The position numbers and the translations under genes are program-made. From a virus: 64,000 bases of DNA. Below are positions 35,405 to 44,806 of this stretch, piece after piece (positions within the stretch are counted from its first letter, which is position 1; each line of letters opens with the position of its first letter). Where the stretch lies: IMG/VR virus record IMGVR_UViG_3300031920_000309, one strand, 5' to 3'. The notes under the pieces were generated by a model. The model was given only the letters and a program-made list of their open reading frames with translations, was not told the origin of the DNA and did no database searches.

Positions 35405-36580
35405 ATGGCTGAAAGTTTCATAAGGAGACCGATCGACTTCATCTTCGATTTCGCCACAGTAAACGTGAGCGCGGGAGAAGAAGTTCGTACCGGCGAGCCA
35501 AGTTATGGCTACGAGGTCGACGGCAGGGCCGCCGTCAAGAACTACGAACTCGACAACGAGTCTGTTATGGAAATCGAAGGGATTGAAATAATGGGCCCCA
35601 ACAACGTAACGTACAGAGAAAAGCTGAAGGCGGTTAGGCTCGTTATCGACGGGAAAGAACACAACGAGATGTCGTTCAATGAGCAAATGTGTCCGGCAAT
35701 GCTTGGTGGCGCTCTGAACGTGGTACCTGACTTCAGGGACGGGTATGTATGTACCAATCTGGGGCGAGGAATGCTCGCGGGCGGTGACCCAGCAAACGCA
35801 ACTCCGAAGGTAGGACCTGGTCAGGATCTGCTTATCAGCGTAAACATGCCAAGGCTGACCGAAGGAGGCGCGGCAACCGTCAGCACCCCGATGAGAGTGA
35901 GGCTGCACACGATTCAGATCCGAGGAGAACACAAGCTCAACGAAGTGCTAGAACATTATGGGCATCTGACTAGCGGAAATGTCAATCAGTCATGGAGCAT
36001 GGGCGACCTGGAGAACACCATGGCCATGCCACTCAAGACGATCGAGAAAACTGTGGGTGACGGGGCATTTGGGTTAGCAGATTGGACCAGTCTACACGGC
36101 GGAAATGAAGCAGACCTACCGTACATCGAGAACTACATTACGTATGCGCAGAATTCTGCCGCGACCACGCCAAATGCTTGGTACCAATTCACCATGGAAG
36201 GGCAGCGCGTCGACCAGACGTTCCAGGAGCTAAACTGGAATTTCACACAGAGAGACGCACTGAAGTTGACCCACGTTGGGATGATGACGCACAACAACAC
36301 CGAGTGGGTAAGGCTGTGGAAAGACGGAAAGCCGAAGGTGCCTGAGTTCCGCGTGACACCGGCAACCAACTCGCTGCTGATGCCACAGGGCCGATGGACC
36401 AACACACCACAGCACAACGGGCCGACCAGGCTTGGTAGGTCGTACTGGGTGTGGAACGAGCATGGCGCGATAGAGCTGAAGGACAACGGGACGGCAGTTC
36501 CTGCATGGGCCGCAGTGCCGACAACTGGCGCGATGCTCGCTGTGTGGGGTAAGAGGTTCCACCTTCGCGGGACCGAGTGA
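35405..36580 (+). CDS. Putative capsid protein family A, copy 1 (double jelly-roll-like)
   Basis: 391 aa, two beta-rich halves; shares EIEG.EI, FNE..AP, T.K.GP, RYITYA.N, LTHVG, AVWG with two paralogs. Confidence 0.6.
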   Translation: MAESFIRRPIDFIFDFATVNVSAGEEVRTGEPSYGYEVDGRAAVKNYELDNESVMEIEGIEIMGPNNVTYREKLKAVRLVIDGKEHNEMSFNEQMCPAMLGGALNVVPDFRDGYVCTNLGRGMLAGGDPANATPKVGPGQDLLISVNMPRLTEGGAATVSTPMRVRLHTIQIRGEHKLNEVLEHYGHLTSGNVNQSWSMGDLENTMAMPLKTIEKTVGDGAFGLADWTSLHGGNEADLPYIENYITYAQNSAATTPNAWYQFTMEGQRVDQTFQELNWNFTQRDALKLTHVGMMTHNNTEWVRLWKDGKPKVPEFRVTPATNSLLMPQGRWTNTPQHNGPTRLGRSYWVWNEHGAIELKDNGTAVPAWAAVPTTGAMLAVWGKRFHLRGTE

Positions 36581-36969
36581 TAATCATGTACGCATCTTGG
36601 CATTTAGGCACATCGGAAGTAACGACAACCACCAAATTCGGGGTTGAAGGATATTGGGCCAAGCTGCCGGACGCATTCCCACCGATCCAGTACATCCGGA
36701 CCACATCAATCGCGGTGCCAGCCGACGGGAACACCCGTGGTTGTATCGTAACAATTGTCGAGACCACGACCGGCGACAACGGGTACGGCCCAGTACAATA
36801 CCACATAGATGCCAGGGGTATAATACAATACCAAACTGGTGATAAGTGGTTCTTGTTCAGAAGCAGGCCCGACCTGAGACTGAACCAAGAGGAACGACCG
36901 CAGATAGTATATACCCAAGTACAGTTGTACTATCGAGCATTGCCCGAAGTAGGCACCATAGGAGCGTGA
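36577..36969 (+). CDS. Small beta-rich structural protein, tandem copy 1
   Basis: MYASW.GTS.VTT.TKFGV.G.WA.LPD.FPPI family. Confidence 0.7.
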   Translation: MIIMYASWHLGTSEVTTTTKFGVEGYWAKLPDAFPPIQYIRTTSIAVPADGNTRGCIVTIVETTTGDNGYGPVQYHIDARGIIQYQTGDKWFLFRSRPDLRLNQEERPQIVYTQVQLYYRALPEVGTIGA

Positions 36970-37370
36970 TTAGCATGTATGCATCATGGCTAATCGGAAC
37001 GTCTGCAGTAACAACCGTGACCAAGTTCGGGGTTGCAGGACACTGGGCAAGATTACCAGACGCGTTCCCGCCAATACAGTTCATCAACACAACGTCAATT
37101 GCATTAGCAACAATGCCAACGAACGGATGTGTGGTGACAATCGGCGAGACAACGACTGGCGCAAACGGCCCAGGTCCGATCATTATGATCAGAGACCGCC
37201 GCGGTGTCGAACAATACGTGAAGGGTGACCGGTGGTTCAGATTGCGAAGTGGACCAGCAAATTCAAACGAAGCTGCGGTCGATCCAGCCGGGATACAAGT
37301 ACAGAGAGTGTTCACTCGGATCGAGTTGTATTACCGGGACAGTGTCGAGTTAGACACAGTGGGGGCATGA
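36966..37370 (+). CDS. Small beta-rich structural protein, tandem copy 2
   Basis: Paralog of both neighbours; GTGA overlap. Confidence 0.7.
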   Translation: MISMYASWLIGTSAVTTVTKFGVAGHWARLPDAFPPIQFINTTSIALATMPTNGCVVTIGETTTGANGPGPIIMIRDRRGVEQYVKGDRWFRLRSGPANSNEAAVDPAGIQVQRVFTRIELYYRDSVELDTVGA

Positions 37371-37771
37371 TTGAGATGTATGCCACATGGTTGGTAGGAA
37401 CGTCCGAAGTGACAACCGTGACCAAGTTCGGGGTTGCAGGACACTGGGCAAAACTGCCCGATGTATTCCCGCCAATAGAGTTCATCAACACAACGTCGGT
37501 AGCAATAGGAGCAATGCCATACCGAGGGTGCATCGTAACGATCGTTCAGACAACGACCGGCGACAACGGCCCCGGACCGGCAATAATGACAAGCGATCGG
37601 CGCGGTGTTGAAGCGTATGTAAAGGGTGACAGGTGGTTCCGTCTGAGAAGTGGACCAGCGACCCTGAATGCATTGGCAGTAGACACGGACAACATAGACG
37701 TACAACGAGTGTACACACAAATAGAGTTGTACTACAGAGACAGGGTAGATGGTGGAGAGATCACCGCGTGA
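37367..37771 (+). CDS. Small beta-rich structural protein, tandem copy 3
   Basis: Paralog with long identical nucleotide runs to copy 2. Confidence 0.7.
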   Translation: MIEMYATWLVGTSEVTTVTKFGVAGHWAKLPDVFPPIEFINTTSVAIGAMPYRGCIVTIVQTTTGDNGPGPAIMTSDRRGVEAYVKGDRWFRLRSGPATLNALAVDTDNIDVQRVYTQIELYYRDRVDGGEITA

Positions 37772-37800
37772 TCAACCCACCCAACTTTTCTTTTTTCTAT
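37772..37800 (+). terminator. U-rich archaeal terminator at a convergent junction
   Basis: CTTTTCTTTTTTCTATTTT after the stop codon. Confidence 0.55.
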
Positions 37801-38906
37801 TTTGTGTATTTGTCGTAGAACGTCTGGGGTACCAGATCGAGTTTTGCCATGAGCCAGAACAACGGTCGAAGTCGTTTGAACCACGGGCGGTATGTTTTAT
37901 AGTCCGTATGATCGAGTGGCGGACGATCCATTATATCACAACCGAATTCCGCGGAACCAACACCAAGCCGGTGTAATACAGTTTGTTTGGTGGCAGAACC
38001 AAATGCAGGATACGAACGAATTGTTTTCAGCGCATCGTCTCGATCCATCTGACCAGACCGCACCAGCGCAGAATACTCAACCAACCTGAGATCTATACCG
38101 AACTTGTGGTACAGATAGTAGTCATCACAAAACTCGGTGAGGGTGTTTTCTTTGTGGTGACCGCCGTACCATCTCCACCCGAACCTTTTCGCAAGGTATT
38201 GTTTTGCACCTTCCTTGTCATAATCCAGATAGTACAATGGCCGAACATGCTTGATGCGTTTTACGAGGGTCCACCACAACCAATCTCTGAGCCACAGATT
38301 AGGGAACGTCTTAAGTATGCCGCCAGACACCTCATCGACATACTTGCCATCAAAATAGAACCAACCAGGGGGCGTAACCCCTTCAGTCCTAAACGAATGA
38401 CCGTTCAATATGTATTTGATGCCGTACATTTCGGCAGCTCTATACGCACACACCGCCAGCGCAACGTCCACAGGAGCATCGAGTTCTGGTACCCCGGCAC
38501 GCAAAAACGCGCGGGTGATATCATCATACTCGTTAAGATCACACCGGAACCGCATACAACCGACGCCAAGTTCTTCAAGCACAACCTTCATGTTATGTTC
38601 AGCGATGTCCGTGTTCCAACCATTGTCACAATGAACGGCGAGTGGCCGCAGTCCGTTTTGGACCGCAAGATCAAGCAGGTACGACGAATCGCACCCACCC
38701 GAAATACCCACAACACAATCGTACGGCTTGTTTTTGCCAGACTTTCGTATTTTGTCAACCAGATCGTCCAAGAAAAACGCACCGGCAGGACCAGTTGGAC
38801 ACTTCTCACACATCACATCGTGTTGTTTACAGTAGTTACATTCACCAAACGAATCAAACTCTATGCCCGGGATGCTGTCGTCCATGACACAGCGAGAACA
38901 TCTCAT
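37797..38906 (-). CDS. N-acetyl sugar amidotransferase (WbpG/WbuX-like, PP-loop)
   Basis: CSRCVMD...CNYC N-terminus; YDCVVGISGGCDSS; VHCDNGWN; YGGHHKEN. Confidence 0.92.
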   Translation of the reverse strand: MRCSRCVMDDSIPGIEFDSFGECNYCKQHDVMCEKCPTGPAGAFFLDDLVDKIRKSGKNKPYDCVVGISGGCDSSYLLDLAVQNGLRPLAVHCDNGWNTDIAEHNMKVVLEELGVGCMRFRCDLNEYDDITRAFLRAGVPELDAPVDVALAVCAYRAAEMYGIKYILNGHSFRTEGVTPPGWFYFDGKYVDEVSGGILKTFPNLWLRDWLWWTLVKRIKHVRPLYYLDYDKEGAKQYLAKRFGWRWYGGHHKENTLTEFCDDYYLYHKFGIDLRLVEYSALVRSGQMDRDDALKTIRSYPAFGSATKQTVLHRLGVGSAEFGCDIMDRPPLDHTDYKTYRPWFKRLRPLFWLMAKLDLVPQTFYDKYTK

Positions 38907-39407
38907 TCAGATACCACCATAACCTGCTCCACCGTTAGTTACTTTTCTATACCGAAGCACACGTGCCGGATTACCCGCAGCCACCGCAAATGGGAATATG
39001 CTCTTGGTGGCCACGGCACCGGCGCCGACCATGACACCTTCACCGATTTCAACACCAGGCATAATGATTGCCCCGACACCGATATCAACATTGTCGTGGA
39101 TGCGAACAGGCCAATACACAAGGTCGTTGTCTATTATCGGAGAATCCCAACCAACGCCATCAATCTTGTGTGTAGACGTGATAATCTTCACATGAGGCCC
39201 GATACCAACATTGTTGCCAATGATAATATCACCAGCACCGTGTATATACACACCCTCTCCTATCCACACATCATCTCCGATTGTTATGCCATTACCATAA
39301 CCACCATCCAAGTATGTACCACAACCGATGGACACACGAGCGCCAACACGGATGTTACTACCATTACTATAAGACACACCACGGAACCGACCAGTAATTG
39401 AGTCCAT
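38907..39407 (-). CDS. Hexapeptide-repeat (LbetaH) acyltransferase
   Basis: IGDDVWIG, IGNNVGIG, IGVGAIIMPGVEIGEGVMVGAGAV, GNPARV. Confidence 0.92.
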   Translation of the reverse strand: MDSITGRFRGVSYSNGSNIRVGARVSIGCGTYLDGGYGNGITIGDDVWIGEGVYIHGAGDIIIGNNVGIGPHVKIITSTHKIDGVGWDSPIIDNDLVYWPVRIHDNVDIGVGAIIMPGVEIGEGVMVGAGAVATKSIFPFAVAAGNPARVLRYRKVTNGGAGYGGI

Positions 39408-39411
39408 ACTA

Positions 39412-40371
39412 TCACCTACCTTTTGCCCATTCTACAAAGCATCCCCATTTCTCAGCAATAACCGACGCATGGTGATGCGACCGGACCCACAGTGGCGCAT
39501 GACGAGACACCAAACCAGCCCCAGCATCATACGATTTGATGTCAAGGATGCGCGTTTTGACCACCTCGTACATGTCAAGACCATCACACGGTTTAACAGG
39601 GAAATCTGGGTAGATCATATAGCACCAAGGCCCGATGTAAGAGACAACGTGCTGCTGAAGAACCATTGCTTCGAGTACGTTAAGTCCATATGTCGGCATG
39701 ACCAGATCGTCGATCACAACGTGTGATTTTGCTTTCCGTTTGATCGTCTGTTCCCACGACAGGCCAGATATGGCATCAAACTTGACACCAGCCAGATCAG
39801 GATCAGATTCAAGTCGGGTGATAAGTTCACCACCCTTCGATCCGGGATTGGTATGCGCATGGCAAACCGTAAACTCATCGTTCTTTTCAATACCGTCAAC
39901 AAGTTCTACGATTTCGTCGATGTCAACGATGACAAAATCAAATGGTACGCCAATCAGTTGAGTTGTGAGAGTTTCGTCCTGAGGGGGAGTCACGACAACC
40001 AAATCACGTTTGATCTGAGCCATAAGCACCTGATCAACGGTGTGACGAAGGCCAGACCCGACACCAACGATACAATGGTTATTCGGAGTCAGGTACCGAC
40101 CGAGTGGAAGTTGTGGGATGTCAACGATCGAGTCCAGGAATATGAAATACGTACAATTCGAAGCATATTCCAACACGGTCGCAATTCCAACATTCTGCTC
40201 AAATACCCAGTCAACTGGATATTGGAGATAAGACTCACCAAACACCAGGCACCTCGCATCCCACCCAAGATATTTCTTCATCGCCTTAGCCATCAACCAA
40301 CCCTGGTTCCCGGAGTCCATACCCCCGGTCCCAGGGCCAATGCCAGCCACTATGAGAACTTGTTCGTTCAT
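39412..40371 (-). CDS. GT-B (GT4-like) glycosyltransferase
   Basis: VIDDLVMPTYGLNVLEAMVL signature. Confidence 0.8.
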   Translation of the reverse strand: MNEQVLIVAGIGPGTGGMDSGNQGWLMAKAMKKYLGWDARCLVFGESYLQYPVDWVFEQNVGIATVLEYASNCTYFIFLDSIVDIPQLPLGRYLTPNNHCIVGVGSGLRHTVDQVLMAQIKRDLVVVTPPQDETLTTQLIGVPFDFVIVDIDEIVELVDGIEKNDEFTVCHAHTNPGSKGGELITRLESDPDLAGVKFDAISGLSWEQTIKRKAKSHVVIDDLVMPTYGLNVLEAMVLQQHVVSYIGPWCYMIYPDFPVKPCDGLDMYEVVKTRILDIKSYDAGAGLVSRHAPLWVRSHHHASVIAEKWGCFVEWAKGR

Positions 40372-41348
40372 AATAAATCACGCTCTTCAAGGTGCCCGAC
40401 CAATCTATCATAACTATTTTTCAGGTTGTAATACTTGCACGCTTCTGTACCACGTTCCGCCTCCCACGTGGCGAACTCGGCATCGGTAAGCAACTTCTCA
40501 AGAAGAATGTCAACAGCAACCTCATCATGAGGAGACACCGCGAGTTCTGGCCATATGTGATTCATGGCATGTATGGTGTTCGACCCGATGGTAGGAACAC
40601 CGAGCGCGGCAGCCTCGACAATGCCTCTGCCGTACGTGTAGTCTGGGGCGAGATCGATATTGACGAAACAATCACCGAGCATATCAAGATACACCGCATA
40701 CGGTGACCGATCGACGATGTCATCGAACAGCGAGTCCAATGCAACGACGACAGTTGTATCGTTGTAGTTCATGAGGGCGGTGCGGATGCCGAACTGCTCT
40801 CTGTCGTGCCTCAGCCGGTACGTGCCGTAATAATAAGTGGCCCAGGTGTACATATACCGATGGTATTGGCAGGCCACCAACGGAGGTAGTGACGGCTGTT
40901 TGCGGTACGACATGATTTTGTCAACGTCCACTGGATGTGGGATAGCTGGAACGTCGTAACCGAGATAGTGCTCAAGACGACGAGCACCGTTCGGCTCAAC
41001 ATGGAATACAAAGTCCGCAAGCGCGAGCTGCTGTCGCAGGATGAGAGGATCTATGCTATTCCACAATCCAATCGCGAAGTCAACCTGTGTGACGATCTTT
41101 GTGTCACTATCAGGCCCAATGGCATCACGGATCGCAGCGATGTAGCTGGCATTGCTTGGGGTATAGTTGACATGGATTATGTCGAACTGTTCTATCAGTT
41201 CTTTCGTTAGATTCGCAGACATGTCACCCTTTTTGCCATGCGTATCAAATGCCACCGGCCAATTGAACAATCCACCAAGCACAATCTGATCCGATCCCGC
41301 AGGCATCTGGGCGCCCGAGAACAAACAATAAGATATTCTTCTAGTCAT
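40368..41348 (-). CDS. GT-B (GT4-like) glycosyltransferase
   Basis: YTYGRGIVEAAALGVPTIGS signature. Confidence 0.8.
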   Translation of the reverse strand: MTRRISYCLFSGAQMPAGSDQIVLGGLFNWPVAFDTHGKKGDMSANLTKELIEQFDIIHVNYTPSNASYIAAIRDAIGPDSDTKIVTQVDFAIGLWNSIDPLILRQQLALADFVFHVEPNGARRLEHYLGYDVPAIPHPVDVDKIMSYRKQPSLPPLVACQYHRYMYTWATYYYGTYRLRHDREQFGIRTALMNYNDTTVVVALDSLFDDIVDRSPYAVYLDMLGDCFVNIDLAPDYTYGRGIVEAAALGVPTIGSNTIHAMNHIWPELAVSPHDEVAVDILLEKLLTDAEFATWEAERGTEACKYYNLKNSYDRLVGHLEERDLL

Positions 41349-42318
41349 GTTTATCACGCGCGTTTTCTGTGTACCAATCAACAGTTTTTTCGATCCCGTC
41401 TTCAAACGACACGAGCGGATCATATCCAATCAGATCCCGTGCCAAATACGTGTTTGCGATATGCCTTCGCACGTCACCAGGCCGGTCATCTTGCCAGTCA
41501 ATCTCGACACTAATACACATTGCATCGATTATGGCGTCAATGACTTCATTGGTACTGGTCTCTTTACCAGACCCAATGTTGACAACCCGCCCTCGCGTTT
41601 TGGGCTGCTTGTACATATCGATTGCAGCACGAACTACATCAGTCACATAGCTATAATCCCGAGTTTGTTCACCGTTACCATATATGACAGGACGTCCACA
41701 ATTGAGCAGCCGTTTAATGGTAACGGGGATGATAGCCGCATACGTGCCGCAGTTCTGACGTGGACCAAATATATTAAACGGACGAAGTATTGCGCAATCG
41801 ATCCCAAACGTCTCGCGATACGACTGGATCAACATGTCGGACGCTGCTTTGCTGGCAGCATATGGAGTCAGTGGGCACAACGGATGATCCTCGCCCATGC
41901 TGACACGTTGGCTCGTGCCGTACGCTTCGGACGATGAGAAGTGTATCAACGTGTCGTAATACTCCTCACACAGCAACTCGCACATGGTTGAGGTGATGTT
42001 GATGTTGTTCAAGAAACTTTCCCGTGGGTGCACCAACGACGCGGGCAGCGGCTGTACCGCGAGATCGAACACCACATCAACACCACGGCTGGCCATGATA
42101 TCACGCGTGGTATTGTAATCTGCCACACCACATGCCGCGTCATACAACACGACACCAGGGAAGTGTGTGTCTGCGAGGTTGTCATACGAACCCAATGACA
42201 TATCGTCGACGACTACAACCTGGGACACCCGTTCTTTCACCAACGCATCGACAAGATGGCTGCCCACAAACCCGGCACCCCCGGTGACCATTACAACTTT
42301 ATTCTTCAGGGACAACAT
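41341..42318 (-). CDS. NAD-dependent nucleotide-sugar epimerase/dehydratase (extended SDR)
   Basis: VTGGAGFVGSH, SSSEAYG, PYAASK, RPFNIFGPRQ, TRDYSYV. Confidence 0.95.
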   Translation of the reverse strand: MLSLKNKVVMVTGGAGFVGSHLVDALVKERVSQVVVVDDMSLGSYDNLADTHFPGVVLYDAACGVADYNTTRDIMASRGVDVVFDLAVQPLPASLVHPRESFLNNINITSTMCELLCEEYYDTLIHFSSSEAYGTSQRVSMGEDHPLCPLTPYAASKAASDMLIQSYRETFGIDCAILRPFNIFGPRQNCGTYAAIIPVTIKRLLNCGRPVIYGNGEQTRDYSYVTDVVRAAIDMYKQPKTRGRVVNIGSGKETSTNEVIDAIIDAMCISVEIDWQDDRPGDVRRHIANTYLARDLIGYDPLVSFEDGIEKTVDWYTENARDKHD

Positions 42319-42322
42319 TTGA

Positions 42323-43447
42323 TTATAACCCCGCGTACACATACCGTTTCAGCAGCATTTCGATTTCGTTCACAACCCGTTCCTGGCCCTCTACCCCCAG
42401 ACCATGATACATCGGCAAAGTAAGCAGCTGATGATACAACCCCAACGAATTGCCAAAATCCGCGCACCGATCAACGTGAACAGCATAAAACGGCTGCTGG
42501 TGAAGAGCGTACGTGCCAATCTGGGTTTCGATCCCAACCCTTTTCAGGTCTCGGATCAACGCGTCACGCCACGACGCTTGGTCGACGTTTATGCAGTACG
42601 ATTGGTATGTTTGTCGTTCGTCACCAGTCGATGGAACGGGGGTGGTAACGTGATCAACGTCTTTCAACAACTCGTCGTATGTGCGTGCCATCGCGTTGCG
42701 TTCGGTAATTATCTGATCAATCTTACTCATCTGAACAAGACCGATCGCAGCATTGATGTCAGACATTTTCATGTTATATCCTGCACATTCTATGCGGCCA
42801 TCGGCCCACCCGAAGTTCTTGCGAACACGCATCTCATCGGCAAGCCCGCCGTCGTTCGTGACCACCATACCGCCTTCCCCAGTCGTAATGATCTTGCGCG
42901 GATGGAACGACAGAACCGACATATCGGCAAACGACCCAGTCATCTCACCATTTGATTGGCGAGCACCGAAACTGCATGCACAATCTTCGATTACGATATG
43001 GTCCGAGTCACACAACCTATGATCCCACACGTCATCGCGTATGGGACGTCCGCCCCAAGACACGAGCATCGTGGCACCAATGGGATACGGCATGCCCATC
43101 ATGTGATCAAGAGCATTGACACCAATACACTGAGTATGTGGATCAACATCAACCAACATTGGGTGGAACCCGTTGTGTATCACGCTGTTTGCCGTAGCAG
43201 GGTGCGTGAAATCGGGAACAATTACCCGCGTGGAATTCATACAAGCCCTGGTAACACGAACTGCCAAGTCCAGCCCCATTGAACAGGACGGAACGGCGAT
43301 GGCATGTTTCACACCAACGTATTTGGCGACAGCTTCCTCGAACTCGATGACAATTTCACCTTCGGTCAGATGTCCAGAGTCCATGACATCAGCAACAGAC
43401 TGTTTTTCTTCTTCACCGACCCACGGACGCATCAGAGGAATGTTCAT
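42323..43447 (-). CDS. DegT/DnrJ/EryC1/StrS sugar aminotransferase
   Basis: VIEDCACSFG, SFHPRKIITTGEGG (PLP Lys), GYNMKMSDINAAIGL, LTLPMY. Confidence 0.95.
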   Translation of the reverse strand: MNIPLMRPWVGEEEKQSVADVMDSGHLTEGEIVIEFEEAVAKYVGVKHAIAVPSCSMGLDLAVRVTRACMNSTRVIVPDFTHPATANSVIHNGFHPMLVDVDPHTQCIGVNALDHMMGMPYPIGATMLVSWGGRPIRDDVWDHRLCDSDHIVIEDCACSFGARQSNGEMTGSFADMSVLSFHPRKIITTGEGGMVVTNDGGLADEMRVRKNFGWADGRIECAGYNMKMSDINAAIGLVQMSKIDQIITERNAMARTYDELLKDVDHVTTPVPSTGDERQTYQSYCINVDQASWRDALIRDLKRVGIETQIGTYALHQQPFYAVHVDRCADFGNSLGLYHQLLTLPMYHGLGVEGQERVVNEIEMLLKRYVYAGL

Positions 43448-43653
43448 TTGTTCATTACCACCTTGGCAATATCTCGCAACCGATCGAAGTGGTTCCCAAT
43501 CTCAATAGCAGAATAATCACGACCGGGAAAAACAGCGACAAACTCGTCGCTGATCAACTGCAATTTAGTGCCATTCTGGACGTTGTTCGATTTAACCCAT
43601 TCTGCCGGGAGGGACACATGATAGCTACCACCGGACTTGGATACTTTTCGCAT
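43444..43653 (-). CDS. AbrB/MazE-type DNA-binding regulator
   Basis: MRKVSKSGGSYHVSLPAEWVK. Confidence 0.85.
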   Translation of the reverse strand: MRKVSKSGGSYHVSLPAEWVKSNNVQNGTKLQLISDEFVAVFPGRDYSAIEIGNHFDRLRDIAKVVMNK

Positions 43654-43689
43654 AGTGAAATATGGCATGTGACATAGACACGTGGGCAT

Positions 43690-43770
43690 GGTATATAAAC
43701 ATTATGGAATACTATCAATATACAATACAAAGAAACGTATTTATAATACATCAGAGTATGTACACCTACT
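43690..43770. promoter_or_regulatory. Divergent promoter region (sugar operon / structural operon)
   Basis: TATATAAA and TTTATAA boxes in an AT-rich gap. Confidence 0.6.
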
Positions 43771-44805
43771 ATGAGCCCCGCATATATCGACCCCAAACGC
43801 ACAGCATATTGGCCCGAGTCGCTGCCAGAATGTCAGAACATACCAGCAGTCCCAGTAGGAGGGGTGAGATTCGCCTCTTACACGGACTGGGCACCACGTA
43901 TTGTAGAAGTACGACAATTGGTAACATCACCAGGAACAGCATGTGAAACGACTGTTAGTGTCGATGGCTTCAAACACGGGATGTCTTTCCATAACGAAGC
44001 GGATGCGATACACGACACAGTATACGCAGAACCGACCAAGGTATTGGCAAAGGACTCACTGGAACTAGCGATGAACACCATCACCGGTGGAGGGGAGACG
44101 AACCTCCATGCAAGATGGAACTTGACTATCAGAGACCCATCCATTGCAGACAAGATCGTGATGGGTATTCCACTAAGCGACACCGAAGAGGCAATCGCCA
44201 AAAAATACGAGCTACACGACATGCACGAGATGGGCACGTTACCGAAACATAAAAATCTGCTCGGTGACGATGTTGTCAATTGGTTCGACGAAGTGATTGA
44301 GGTCGCAAGACGCCTACCGACCGTAGCAGCAGGCGGTGAGTTGATAGTCGGTGGCGTGAAAAACGTCCCAATGTCAGCGAACAAGGTATTTGTACTGCTC
44401 GGGATCGCATTCGACACCGCCGCACTAAAAACTAACGCAGGCATCGGGCTGGATGACACATTCATCAAAGTAGATCGGGATGCAATGACAGAATATGTGG
44501 TCCTAGACGCAGCTACGATGCCAGGATTCGTTTCCACCGACGCTTTCCACTTGGACGACACTGTCCGTATGTACATGCCAGCACTGGAGAAATTTGCGGT
44601 GCGAATAACAACGACAACCGGGTTCACTGCTGCAAACAACCTGCGACTGCGGTACATATACGGTGTCAGATCGCTAACCGTAATAGACTACATAAAATGG
44701 GGGCTCACGCCACGAACGAACGCGGCAATTGCACGAGCAACCGAACTCGACGAAAAACACGACATCGCCGAACGTGTTGTAGCGGGTGTTCTTGGGGTAA
44801 TGTAA
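43771..44805 (+). CDS. Putative capsid protein family B with internal duplication
   Basis: Halves end alike: NLHARWNLTIRDPSIADKIVMG..KKYELHD..G and NLRLRYIYGVRSLTVIDYIKWG..EKHDIAE..AG. Confidence 0.55.
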   Translation: MSPAYIDPKRTAYWPESLPECQNIPAVPVGGVRFASYTDWAPRIVEVRQLVTSPGTACETTVSVDGFKHGMSFHNEADAIHDTVYAEPTKVLAKDSLELAMNTITGGGETNLHARWNLTIRDPSIADKIVMGIPLSDTEEAIAKKYELHDMHEMGTLPKHKNLLGDDVVNWFDEVIEVARRLPTVAAGGELIVGGVKNVPMSANKVFVLLGIAFDTAALKTNAGIGLDDTFIKVDRDAMTEYVVLDAATMPGFVSTDAFHLDDTVRMYMPALEKFAVRITTTTGFTAANNLRLRYIYGVRSLTVIDYIKWGLTPRTNAAIARATELDEKHDIAERVVAGVLGVM

Positions 44806-44806
44806 A

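Noticed and set aside
35405-36580. N-glycosylation sequons in capsid-like proteins (7, 5 and 5 counted by eye) as proof of glycosylation
   Set aside because: Only mildly above chance, and the proteins lack signal peptides for AglB access
37983-39401. 472-aa plus-strand ORF and other long antisense ORFs (e.g. 3092-4078, 13504-14337, 17723-18685)
   Set aside because: They shadow well-supported genes on the opposite strand and have no motifs or RBS
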